46,976 nt of DNA from Octopus bimaculoides (GCF_001194135.2 NC_068985.1:66074939-66121914), one strand, 5' to 3'. Positions 33,275 through 46,030 are shown, counted from the first letter of the stretch. The notes: generated from the letters alone by a model not told the origin. Translations and numbers: made by a program.

Positions 33275-36200
33275 ACACACAGAGATATATTACATTCACG
33301 CATACACGGATACGTGCACGCACATATATGGATACATGCGCGCTCACAAACACACACATCGGCATTTCTTCATTGTCGAATATGATATCAAAGCTTCTTT
33401 ATTGATATTGTGGATTCCATTGTCTTTGCCTTCCAATGTCTGAGAGAAATAGTTTGAAACTGAAGTAGTGAAGAGTTTCTTTGTTCTAGAAATTTTCTTT
33501 CTTCTGGTTCATTTTCTTTCTTCTGGTTCATTTTCTTCAACTTGTAATCCACTGTAGTCTTCTTTTTATTAGGTTGAATGTTGAATAAGTATCACATTTG
33601 TTAAAGAAATCATGTGTCCTTTTTACATGTCCTAGCTATGTAAAAAGGCTGGGAACATTTAAAAGGGGGCGAACTTTTCACAATGTTTACAAAAAATAAG
33701 ATAATTTGAAATGTGAATTGTACTTGTACAATACCACGGTGAAGTAAGAAAAATTATATGATGATAAAATATATTTAATCTTCTCATTTAAAAAAAAAAA
33801 GCGGAACAAAATATTTTGGTGCAGGGAAGGAGTTAATTTGAGAAGCATCGCAATTCCAGTACGCTAAAATTGCGAAACCACTGATTAACTACTAAGAGAA
33901 AGAAAAATTGTAGGATGCAATAAAGACAATTTAAAATGTTTAACTGCAGTGTTTCTCATAGAAAAGGCAGTCCTCAAACTGTGAGGGTTGAAAAAGGAGA
34001 GGACAACCAGGTTTTAAAAAAAATAAGATTATCAGAAGGTTTTAAAGCTTCGGGTGAATGTCTTAATTCGAAAGCTATGGCTGAATAGACAGAGTTAAAA
34101 ATTTGGAAGTTTGTAAAAATATTATTTTTTAAAGATTTAGCCGTTATTTCTGTACGAGATGCGATCACATTGGGACCTCACTCATTTAGTCTACTGGCTC
34201 GACAAGCTTTTAAACTTTTAAATCGTAATTTCCGAATTTTAGCATTTGTGGGATTAAGTAAAAATGTCGAGGAGCTGGTTTTGGGGTAAAATCTTAAGTC
34301 TGTTGTCAAAAATACTGAAATCAAGAAATTTTTGAAAATTGGAAGAGGCAGGTTTCGTATTCGAAATGTTCGATCCAAATTCTTTATAACTTCTTTCAAT
34401 AATGTTACATAGATTTGATGAAGCTTATATGTTGAATTTTAAGTTAAATTTCTTTGCAAAAATAAAACAAAACTAAATATTTGAAGTATGTTGACGCCAG
34501 TTATATACAAATTATGTACAACCATTTTTAATGCATTTGCTTATCTGTTACAAACTGTGCGGAAAATATCCCGTGTATGTACATGAAACTTTGATGACTA
34601 CCAATTTGATTCACTGAATATATAATAAATTTTCGTGTTATATTTCCAAGTGATATTTATTTACTCATAAATATAATATTCATATCTAATCTATTCAAAT
34701 GAGATTATTTATTAATGATCTTCCATTAGAAAAATTAATCTAGTTTGTGAAATACATTTTCTCTATTGGAGAATATTTTATTTAACGAAACCTTATTATC
34801 TACGTATACAATTTCTTCCCATTATTGATTTCAAATTAAAATGCATCTTTTGATGACAAATAAACCAAAATAAATATATTTTCAAATCTGTCTAATTTAT
34901 ATAAAGAAAATTGAATTACTTTAAAAATATTGGCAGCTCTATTTCTGTGTGCATTACAGAGCATTGCGAGACAAAACAAATTAGATTATATTCTATGATG
35001 ATATAATAGATACGTAATATACCACAGTGCCCTTAGAAGAATTGAACAAAGCAACACATGATAGAAAACGTGTTTAAAACTATTTTAAATACCTAATATA
35101 AGCTGTCTTTATTATATTCTGGTTTTAAACTGAAATGTTTTCAATTGATTTTCGAAGTCTACTCACTACAAAGATATACAGTTTTGGTTTAAGTAATATT
35201 GGTATAGTTTGGCTAATCAAAAATAGAATTTCTAAAGAGTAAGTTTTTAGACGAGTGTATTACTGCTAATTAATTTATTGATCTTCGAAATATAAAGAAA
35301 TATAAATATAAAGAGAGGTTATATTAACATTTTGTTGATTACATGGTTGTCGTTTTCCTGAAACACAGGCAGTTGAGCGGCGATGATAGAGAAACGTTGA
35401 ATATCTCTATTGTAAAGAGATAAAAGTAAATTAAGCGCATGCCATTTAATTGAGGTTTACAATTTCTCAGAATTCATCAGTATTAACTTGGCTGTTATAT
35501 TGAAACTGGGATGGGGATTCTTTTACATTCAAGTTTAGGAAATTCAGGTTAATTTTCATTAAGTTTTACAATCTTACATTTATACTTGTCATATGAGGAT
35601 CCGGACTCTTTGATTTGATACCTGTAACCTGTTGCAAACGAAGTTAAGAAATGTCCGACGCGAGGAAAATTTTGTGAAGCGATAATAATTTTTGTATTTT
35701 TGGAGTATATTCTCAGTTCAGTTCGCGTAACAAATGCTTGAATTATGTTCCTTAACTACTATAAAATCGTCATATATTGACACAATAAAAAAGGTGAAGA
35801 TGCAGGTAAATTAAACTTACCCTTTCATATCTGGAAGCAGGAAAGGAAAGGTTGTCGTCAAGATTAGCTTTGTTTTTTTTTCTTTCGAGGTGAATAGAAC
35901 AAAAGTACCAATCTGTTACTGTGATCGATATAATCGATTATACCCTTGAGCCCAAATAAGAAATTTTTACATTCAGTTTTCCAAGGAAGATGTACTAACA
36001 GATTGATAGTATACTCAATTCTCATTTTGCACGTATTCTTTTTGCACGGTTCTGAAATAACACGGTCCAAGAAATAGAGCCGATTATTTTTATGCAGTAT
36101 ATATATATTTTTTTTACTTTAACACAGTTTAAACATCTGTCCTTGTGTGAATACCGAATTTATAAGCAAGTGGCAAGTAAACGATTAAGTAACATCAATC

Positions 36201-36290
36201 GATTATAATTTACAAAACGCCGAAACTCTACGTAATACGATTAAGTAACAATTTAGCGAAGTAAAATAAAATCCAAACTATTTTTCCGTA

Positions 36291-37290
36291 CAGTGATCCC
36301 CCACTCTCCGGTGTGAGCGGGACCTATGCACTGTACATACTTCTGGTTGCGTGTAACCGCTCCATCAGACGGCGCGCAGCGGCAATCGTTAGCATCGAGT
36401 CTAATACGAAAGACGTGTCGCGTGTTTTATCCTCTGCTATATTTTTTATTTGCAATCGTGATAGTGAAAACCTGTCCCAAAATGTCGGTTGATACATCTA
36501 AGAAAAATAAAAGAGCATCAATTTCTTTGGAGACCAAGATCAATATTTTGGATCGTCTTCGTAAGGGCGAAAGTGCAGCGTCCCCTTGGGTAGAGCTTTC
36601 TGCCTGAACAAAGCTACGATAAGAACGATCAAAAGGAATGATGCTGCCATTAGAAGATCTGTAGCTTCTGGAACAAAATTATCTGCCAAGTTGTCGTCAT
36701 ATACAGGAGACATGATTCAAGAAAAAATAGAGAAAGCATTAATAATATGGATAGAAGAAAACAATCAAAAATGGATACCAGTTGATGGTGAAACCATAAA
36801 ACAGATGGCATTACGATTTTACAAGAAGATTAATGATCTGGAGTCGTCAAGTGTATTACATCTGTCTAGTAATATAAAGAAGAATGAATTTGCTGCAATT
36901 ACGGGATGGCTTACACAATTCCTCGAAAGACGCGCACTGCATAATATAAGAGAGGTGAAATTTCAGATAACACTGCTGCTGAAGAATTTCTTCCAAAACT
37001 ACCCCAAAAATTGAAGAAGGCGGTTACATTTCAGACCAAGTTTTCTACGCAGATGAAAATGATCTCTTTTGGAAAAAAATGTCAAACAAAACGTATATAG
37101 CAAAATCAGAGAAAATTGCCAGTGGTTTTAAGGCAGCTAAAGACCGTGTAACTTTCTTGTTATGTAGCAACGCTTCAGGAGATTGTTTGTTAAAACCGTT
37201 ATTAATTAATTAATCGATCAGTTCGTCCGCGTGCAATGAAAGGCGTAGACTTATGTAAATTACCAGTTCGTTGGAGAGCTAATAGAAAAT
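36291..37290 (+). mobile_element. Tigger/pogo DNA transposon, 5' part (left end, CENP-B-type HTH domains, start of DDE domain), 3'-truncated
   Basis: TA|CAGTGATCCCCC terminus at 36289-36291; ATG at 36482; RASISLETKINILDRL, EKALIIWIEE, GWLTQFLERR, QVFYADENDLFWKKM, KAAKDRVTFLLCSNASGD. Frameshifts present. No right TIR. Confidence 0.92.
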
Positions 37291-37530
37291 CATACCTTGT
37301 ATGAATGTATTTTCTTTGTTTATTTGTGCTTCATCTGTGGTATTCACTGAATAATGGTAGAGTGGGAAGACCTTGAATTTGGGAGACTTATTTTTTGCAC
37401 ATATGTCTGTGTCCACTCAGTGGAATCTGTCTAGTACTGGGGTCTTGTATTTATTGTCGATGAATGGTCAGTTTCTGAGAGTAGGCTTTGTTTGACCTAT
37501 GTAATCTTGACATTTAATAGCGTATATTAA
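37291..37530 (-). mobile_element. Neptune-like Penelope GIY-YIG C-terminal fragment
   Basis: Minus strand across frameshifts gives CQDYIGQTKPTL...TIHRQQIQDPSTRQIPLSGH...KFKVFP...KENTFI. Confidence 0.75.
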
Positions 37531-37719
37531 ATTCTTTGAAGAACAGTTAAAATGATTTTTTATGGTAAAAAATTCAAATTTACATTAATAGAACAATAAA
37601 AGATGATTTTTTAGCAACATAAAACCCTCAAACTATCCCGTTTTGCAGAATGCAGCCGATCCTTTTGCTCTCTTGATAAACAATTTCCTACCAACTTTAT
37701 ATAATTCTTTTTCCCTCCA

Positions 37720-38190
37720 CTTCACGACAAGTATAATTGTGTAAGGAGTAATCCTGCAGAGTTGCATCAACTCCATTTTGTATAGACTTCAATGCTTTAT
37801 CTTCCCACATTTCTATCTTGCACAAAATACGTCAATTTCGAAATTATCTTTGGTCACTTCAAGACAAAGTCATCCAGCTAGCTTATCGTTCTTTATTCCG
37901 TTTGGTGATTGTGTAGCTAACACAAATGAAATGTTTCTCAGTTTACCTGCATCACCTAACACTTGATTCTTGTCCAACAAGAGCATTAAAAGCACTTGTT
38001 AGTACCAGCCTACTCATCTAGGGTGCATTGTATATATATATATATATATAGTTATATGCAGATCAGTGTAAAATTTCTCTTTTGCATCATCCGGGGTTTA
38101 GCATCGAAGAAACATAAACGCAAATCAAGGAGCATAACATTTTTTCCCACTAAGAACTTCTAAATTTCTAATCTTGTCACTACTATCAGT
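37720..38190 (-). mobile_element. RTE-type LINE apurinic-like endonuclease fragment, interrupted by (TA)n
   Basis: Minus strand gives CYAP...DAKEKFYTDL, then LVLTSAFNALVGQE (the LGDFNARVG position). Confidence 0.6.
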
Positions 38191-38699
38191 TCCTGATTGA
38201 ATTTACCAATAATAATGTTTGCTAGGGTAAAGTCATACTCGGATAATTCAACAATTCAATTGTTGCTGCGAACGCTCAAGTATTAGCAATTTCTTTTCAG
38301 TGCATGGTAGCTCTATATATACCTGCGTCATTGTTATGACCCGTAAACAAAATGATATTCTCCGACCTACACGATCATTGAATATAGTCATTGTTTGCAA
38401 CATTTTTCCCATGAATCTCATAAGTCTTTTTGCCAATGTCCTAGTAATGGAAACTATAGATATGGACAACTTGTATATACACGCCTTTAAATAATCTAAA
38501 AAGAAATAGTCTTGAAATATTTATCTTAGCTTGCATAAGTGAGGTCATATTCCTCTTCCCACAAGTCAATCTGTACATATAAGACGAATGGCTTTGGGCT
38601 CCACACTCGGCCATGACAAATGGGAAAAGGATGGGAGAGCGTTGTACATGACAACGTGGGGAAAACAATTACTTTTAAAAAATAATCACACTATGTTTA

Positions 38700-41600
38700 T
38701 GTTGTGGTAGGATTACAACTACCCCTATAGACTGACACATTGTTATAAAATAAACAACTGTGAGCAAGCGGGGTAAGCAATTCACTGTAAGTCGTTGACT
38801 GAGCATTGAGTTTCGTGTAATAGTAATCGTATTGCGTCGTGTAAATATTTCTTTCCCCCTGCTTCGTGAAATTATATGTACAACATCAGGATATAAAAGT
38901 GGCGACTTGTTCGAACCTTGTGTTGGGCGTTTCATCCTTTTTTATTATGATATGAAACTAAAGAAAAAGTCGTTTTAACATGGAATTATTGGCCTCCGTG
39001 GTGCAGTTGCAACAGCAGGAACAACAACAACAACAGCAACAATAACAGAAGCAGTTACAACAGAAACTACAACAGCAACCACAGCAGCAACTACAACAAC
39101 AAGAAAACCAACAGTTGCTGTAATCAATGTTGAAGAAGTCTGAAAATACTTCAGGTTCGTACTCGTAAGACAGTGTAGCAAACTCAATTGAAGAATTCAA
39201 CTATAATCCAGAAGAAAGGATTACCTTCTCTGCATATTTCCGAAGATATAAAGACATCTTCATAGAAGAATGTAAAAATTGGTTTGATGAGAAAAAAGTA
39301 CGACTACTTTTAAGACAGTTATCCCTTGCCGAACAATATTTTATCGAAAATTTTCAGTGATAGAAGTTTCCTGTTCAATACTTGCTGGCAATGTTTAAAT
39401 TAGGTCAAAAAAGATGATGAAAACTTCGTCACTTATGCCGGGGTTGTTAACAGAAAGTGTGAAAAATTCAGATTAAATGAATTAAACCCCGACATGTTTA
39501 AATGTCTAATTTTTGTTCAAGAGCTTACTGCAAGCAAAGATGCAGATATACGTTCCCGGATATTAACAAAATTAGAACAGGACAAAAATTTAACTCTACA
39601 GGTAACAGCAGAATAATGTCAGAGGATTATAAAGCTAAAACATGACGCAGATAAAATTGAAGAAAAAGGCTGCTCTCATATTCATGCATGTCGACCGGTA
39701 ACGGATATGAAAAAGAGAAAAAAATGTCAAAACCGAATCCATGTTATGGGTGCAATGGTCTACATTTTAAAATTAACTGTCCATTTAAAAATATAAAATG
39801 CTTCAAGTGTTGGCAAGATAAATCATAAAATATCACACTGTAAAACAAAACCTAAAAAACTGATCAACAGAAAAAATAACGTAAACAGGTTATCATTGAC
39901 AAGAAATACGAACGAGTTTCAAAGGAAATGTGTGTATGTAAAAATTAATCGCACAAATGTAAAGTTACAATTGGATAGGCAGTGACATCTCGATAATGTT
40001 AACACATATACACGGAAAAAAAATCAGGAGACCTAGATTAAAAGTAACTTAAAGACTAGCACGTGGTGTTTCAGGAAAAAAATTACATTTTAATGGCGAA
40101 ATGATAAATGATATTACATTTCGTGGGAAAAACCTTAAAAGCCAAAGTTTTTGCGTTGAATGATACAACAAATTTATTCGGAACAGATTGGATGGAATTG
40201 TTTAATTTATGGTACTTCCCCATAGATCTTTTTTGTTAAAATGTGAATGATTTTCCGGCAGTACAAATAAATCGTCAGACGAATTTTAAAAAATTCAATA
40301 AAGATTTTTCCTGAAGTTCTGTCTGATGATTTAGGTCTGTGCGCCAAAACGAAGGCGAAGTTTCAAGTAAAACAAAACGCCATACCGGTATTTAAACAAA
40401 AACGAACTGTACCTTCCGCAGCGTTAGAACAGATAAAGAGTTAGAGAGACTAAAAGAAACTGAAGTCATCCCAAAAGTGGAATATAGCAAATGGGCGTCA
40501 CCAACTGTGTATGTTAGGAAAAAGAATAATAATATCAGAGTGTGTACTGATTTTTCCAGTGGTTTAAACGAATGTCTTAAAACGTGCCATTATCCGCTAC
40601 CTACCCCGGAAGACATTTGCGAAATTAAACGTGGCAAGATATTTTCTAAATTGGGTCTCTCTGACGCGCACCTACAAAATAGAGTAGACGATGAATGCTG
40701 TAAATACCTAACAATAAACACACAAAAAGGAGTGTATAAATACAACAGGTTACCATTTGGCTTAAAAGTCGCAGCAGCGAATTTTCAACAGATCATGGCT
40801 GCTATGTTAGCGGACAAATTCGAGCCCATTCTCAATGTGTGACAATGTGTTGATGTACGCACAGAGTCGTAGTGCCAGCCACACTACAGAAAGGATTACT
40901 TTCATATTAGTCACCAAGGGATTTCGAGAATGAAATCGTTAATGATAAGTTATGTATATTGGTCAAGAAATAGTGAAAGCATGCAGAGAGTGTACACTTG
41001 CTGTAAAAGCACCTACCACTAAATGGCAACCGTGGCCCAAAACAGATATTCCATGGTACAGACTGCATGTTGATTACACAGGTCCACTTAAGGGTTCAAA
41101 TTACCTTGTTGTGGTGGACAGTTTTTCAAAGTGGCCTGAATTGCATATGTGTAAAAAGCCGACATCTGCAGTTACGGTAAGTTTTTTTACACACGAATTG
41201 TTCGCTAGATATAGCATTTCTGATAGCGTTGTGTCTGATAATGGAACTCAATTTATTCAGACGAGTTGGGAAAATTTTGTAAAATGTCCGTTATCGAGCA
41301 TGTCACCACTCAGTCATATCATCCTAGGTCAAATGGATAAGCGGTTGTTTCGTAGACACTTTCAAGAGGACGTTGAAAAAGGCGAACAATGGACGATCTT
41401 GCACTTCAACAATTTCTAAGAGTGTACCGAGTAACACGTAATCCAAACACCCGTCTGGAATGTCACCCGCAAAATTGATGTTTGCAAGAAAGATCAGATT
41501 TGTTTTTGATAAGTTGATACCGAGTGAAAAATAGAAAAAAAAGGTGAAAAACAAAAATACTTCAATATTCTTCAAGTTATGTGACAAAGTTTTTTTTTGA

Positions 41601-41760
41601 AGCCTATAGATATGGTAAAGAAAGCTGGGGTGATGGTGTAATTATTAAACAAAGTGGAAGAATGATATTCCTGGTAAAAGGAAAAAAGTCGAACATAAAA
41701 GACATATTAATCAACTTAAAAAAGATTCACGGAAAAAAGAGTCACGTGAAATAAAATCTC
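38700..41760 (+). mobile_element. Ty3/Gypsy LTR retrotransposon (Mag-like clade), decayed and internally deleted, with no 3' LTR
   Basis: Candidate LTR TGTTGT...ACAACA at 38700-38885, TGGCGAC PBS-like motif at ~38900. Gag: FNYNPEE..TF..YFRRY, MFKCLIFVQ, two CCHC-like knuckles. Protease KLQLD.GSDI. RT: SKWASPTVYVRKK, RLPFGLKVAAANFQQIM. Integrase: RLHVDYTGP, VVSDNGTQF, YHPRSNG. Confidence 0.92.
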
Positions 41761-41829
41761 TATGAAAGTATTGTACGACGCGTTTTAAACTACACATTCT
41801 AGTACCAGAAAACGGAAAAGAACGGAAAC

Positions 41830-42330
41830 ACTGGTTACCAACCTCAGAGACTTTTGTGCCGCAGGAGTCTCAGTCTTGCAGCAGCACTGAAGTACAGGTT
41901 ACAATGACTTCTTTCAGGCTGTTGCTGGTGAGCTTCAACACTTTATATAGGATGATACTCCTCTCTACTGTGAATATTGAAAACTCGTATACCAAGAGTG
42001 GCCAAAATCCGTGGGAGAATGCCATGCTGATAAATCCAGGCATCACACTTGCCAGGTAGACATGACTTTACTATTGTGGATATCGATGTTTCTGGCTCTT
42101 GGTAGATTTCATGGATGGATGCTGTATCTTTCAGACTGTTATTAAACACCTTTCCCAGGTTCGTCACTATTTTTTTTGTTTTGTTTTTGACAACCTGATA
42201 TCTTCGAAAATCTTCCTTTCTGAATTAAGGTATCATTGTAGAAATTCTTCAGGAAATAATCTCTATCTGAAACGTATCTTGCATTCAGCTCTGAGTTGCA
42301 AGATTATTCTAAGCTGACTGAATTGTCTTT
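41830..42330 (-). mobile_element. HERO-like (RLE-type) non-LTR retrotransposon fragment, post-RT region
   Basis: LGKVFNNSLKDTASI...KSCLPGKCDAWIYQHGILPRIL matches the LGKVFD.SL.DT.SI...KSGLPGKFKAWIYQHGILPRILWPL pattern I recall for HERO elements. Confidence 0.75.
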
Positions 42331-42639
42331 GACTCTTCCTTCTCTGGAATCTACATCTCTTCTTTATATCACCACTGATGGGTCACCATGCCTCTCAAAT
42401 CACCCTCTGGATCCTTCAAAGCCTGTGGAATAAACAAGTTTTATACATCTTATACAGTAGATCACTCGGTCGAGAAGCTGAAATTTTCTTTGCCTTCTTC
42501 ACCCCTTTTCGGATCTCTTACCTAAAATTCTTCGCCTAAAATTGGTACAGATGGACTGATATAGGAATTACTGAGAAGAATAGGTGATATGATCGCTGCA
42601 TCTTTGCCCCAACAGCTGTACTTATTTCCTGTCTCAAAA

Positions 42640-43870
42640 ATTTTGAATGCCTATATTCAAGGACACTTTTGATTTTGTGTTCAAAATAAACAATTTTTCT
42701 AAGAAATGAAATAATGTCGAAAACTGTTTTTTAGTAATTATGGATGGCTCTTCACTATACTCCGACATTGACTGCGATGAGGGCGTGGAAGCATGTATGA
42801 ATGTTTTTGAAAAACTGTCAAACAGAAGTATTCCATCAAATTTTCTCTGTAAATTATTGAAGTTTATGTTACAATGTAACGTAATTAAGTATGGACAAAA
42901 TTTTATCGCCAGGGGTGGGTGGAGATGCGCCATTGTCAACTCCATGGCAGTTAAATTAACTAATGTCTTCATGACAAAGTTTGAGACACAATTAATGGAG
43001 AAATTCAAATTCCTGCTCTATCATGAAAGTATACTTTAGTTTCGGTTCACTGATGACGATTTGTTTGTTTGTTGCAGGAGAGTTTAGTTAACATTGCATT
43101 TCTGTGACTGCTTCGCAAAAACTATGGCTTTAAGAATATAGAATTCTTGTAGTTTTAAAAATATTTTGTAAACCCACGTCATCTCAAATTTATTTTACAG
43201 CCGCGCCGAGCATCCACATCATACAATTAAGTCAAACCCGAACTCCCGGATTTTAAGGATAAAATGGATTTGTACTGACATAGGGGATTAGTAGAGATGC
43301 TTTTGTGAGTCATTATATAAAACACGGTTATAATGAATCAGGATTAAAGGAAATAGTAAATTACATAGATAAAATTAAAAGGAAATTCAAACCCTCACGC
43401 CTAATTTTAGCAACCATAATAATAAAATTAACGACCAAATTCCTTCATTGATTAACTGGCACCGAAATTTCGTTGGCAATTCAAAGGTGTAGTATGAAAG
43501 TTACTAGCATGTTTTAGAAAAACATTTCCGTTTCAAACAAATATTCCCTCATTCACCTATTATAGCCTTTAGATGCTATAAAAATATAAGAGAGTTATTA
43601 ACCATTATCTCTAAACCGAATAAAATCTCCATTGGAGTTTTTGAACGTTGTATCCCTGAAAAAAAAAAAAGCCGCAAGGCTGCTAAACATTGCTCATTGT
43701 ACAACAACACGAGCAAAGTTATTCTAATTACAAATTATAACGGAAATGTTATGATTTATACAAAAGGTGGGACGTGTAAGGATTCCAATTTGGTGTTCGC
43801 AGTAGAATGCACCAAACTCGACTTGATTTATGCTAGCTGCACAACAAAAAATTACTGGTACTTAATTTAT
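42640..43870 (+). mobile_element. Neptune-like Penelope element, RT through GIY-YIG, decayed
   Basis: LVIMDGSSLYSDIDCDEGVEAC, MAVKLTNVFMTKFE, RFTDDDL, EHPHHTIKS...LRIKWIC and CKDSNLVFAVECTK...YASCT occur in the expected order. Confidence 0.82.
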
Positions 43871-44534
43871 CTTCCTAGAAAGGTTGAAAGACAAAGTCGA
43901 CCTCGGAAGAACTTGAGCTCAGAATGTAAAGACGGACGTAATGCCGCTAAAGCAAACGGCACATATTCTGTGAAGGATGACCGGATTTCTTCGTCTTATT
44001 CAATAGGACATCTGTTTGAATTCTTCTGAAAATTGCTCGAATTGCTAATCATGCACGTAGGGTCTATCGTGAATCACTTTGCTAACCGCACCCTGTCGCA
44101 ACGGGAATGCATTTAACCGAGGCTGTACGTTGGTTTGTATAAGTTTGGATTTTCTAGCATTGTCACTTTTTTGAGTATGTTTTCTAATATAATTGTAGAT
44201 GCAGGATTTTACAAAATACGATAATAAGCCGATAGCATCAAATATAATCGAGGCAAAAGTCGGAGTGGTGTGAGGAGATATGTCATATAACAGAGTGTCG
44301 TGCCGGAAATAATTACTTTATTTCCGGCTGCAACAGCAAAAGTTAAAATGATAACAATGACACGAACAATACTGGATTAAGATTCAATATAGAAAATCTA
44401 ATTATGGTAGTAAAAGTTCTTTTGAACACGTATATATACATATATAACGCAATAATAACATACACACATATAGATGTGCGCGTAAGTATAAATCTATGAA
44501 CATTTATATTATGTATATACAAACACAACCCGCC

Positions 44535-44549
44535 ATACACACACACACT

Positions 44550-44586
<37 letters not shown>

Positions 44587-44592
44587 CATATA

Positions 44593-44662
<70 letters not shown>

Positions 44663-44800
44663 GCGTAGGTGTGTGCGTGTATATACTTACATACATACAT
44701 ACATACATATATAAACATCTATACAAACACGGACACGCACACGCAATCACTCACACACACAAATGCACACACAAACATGCGTGCGCATATATAGTGTAAG
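44535..44800. repeat. (CA)n/(TA)n/(CATA)n compound microsatellite
   Basis: Seen directly. Confidence 0.95.
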
Positions 44801-45047
44801 TGCTTGTGTGTGTATGCATCTGTGTACAATTCTTGCAGTAAAATTACATGAAGTTCATATAAATAAATGTCAATGAGATATATTTCTTTGGGTTTTTCAA
44901 TTTCTCACCGCAAAGATATATCATTAGTATTGAATTGAAATAAGAATATAACTGCTGAAAGCTATCGGCAAATGAAAGAATTTTAACAATTCTTTCCTTT
45001 ATTGATCAGGTTCAGAAAGAGAAATGCGATTATAATTTACGAATATA

Positions 45048-45255
45048 ATGAATATGATGATGATGATGATGATGATGATGAAGAAAAAGAAGAAGAAGAA
45101 GAAGAAGAAGAGGAAGAAAAAGAGTAGGAGTAGGAGGAGGAGGAGGAGTAGGAGGAGGAAGAATAGGAAGAAGAAGAAGAAGAAGAAGAAGAAGAAGAAG
45201 AAGAAGAAGAAGAAGAAGAAGAAGAAGAAGAAGAAGAAAATGGTGATGAAGATAT
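45048..45255. repeat. (GAT)n/(GAA)n/(GAG)n compound microsatellite
   Basis: Seen directly. Confidence 0.96.
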
Positions 45256-45454
45256 AAGGCTATGTGAAGTATATTTAAATTTTTACTTTTCTCAAGTATG
45301 CGAGTAGTTTGACTAAACTAAAATAATCAACATCATCTATTGACCGTAACCTGCGTCAGATACGATGACTGACTTTCCATAAAACCCGTGTTTTGAGTTT
45401 ATTGACAACTATGGCAATACTGGACTCTCAGATGAGGATTTTACTGCACAACCA

Positions 45455-45505
45455 CTCCAACAACAACAGCAGCAGCAGCAACAACAACAACAACAACAAT
45501 AGTAA
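45455..45505. repeat. (CAA)n/(CAG)n microsatellite
   Basis: Seen directly. Confidence 0.93.
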
Positions 45506-45885
45506 CGAAGCGAAAGTGGGAGAGAGGAGAGAGAGCATGATAAGGGGAGAGAAAGATGGTGAAAGGGGGATAGAGGAAACATATAATTGCTTGTGTCTCT
45601 ATAGTGTAGTAAAGTTAAACATGAAAGTTGTCAGTTGTGAAGGTTTTAAATAGCATCATGAAATATGCCAAGTATCAAAGAATATACAGTTCGTGCACCA
45701 ACATATGTATTAGTCATCCTTATATAATAGAGGAATGTGATTAAGAAATAATAATTATATGATAATGTAACTTTTACAAAAACAAAGCCTTTTTATGTCA
45801 AGAATATCCAGAAAAATAGTAAAAATTCCAATATTAATAAATTACATCACGTGTAAACAAACATAAGTCTGTTTTTGAAGTGCTT

Positions 45886-46030
45886 GTAAATACTGACAGA
45901 ACAGCATATATAGGATAAAATCGTTACAGAGCAGAAAAATCTGTCACCAACCATCTCATGGCTGGTTGCGGACACATTTTTCTGCTCTAAAAGGATCTTA
46001 TCCTATATATGCTGTTCTATCAGTATTTAC
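45886..46030. repeat. 145-bp near-perfect palindrome (MITE-like or long hairpin)
   Basis: Left arm gtaaatactgacagaacagcatatataggataaaatc...agagcagaaaaatctgtc matches the reverse complement of the right arm gtaaatactgatagaacagcatatataggataagatcc...agagcagaaaaatgtgtc. Confidence 0.9.

Noticed and set aside
33492-33540. Short tandem duplication ttttctttcttctggttca x2
   Set aside because: Ordinary slippage duplication with no further structure.
22150-43870. Neptune fragments at 22150-23600 and 42640-43870 as two halves of one element split by ~19 kb
   Set aside because: They are on the same strand and nearly contiguous in protein coordinates, but the motif styles look like different subfamilies and no shared boundary supports a join. 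A phylogeny of both fragments would settle it.
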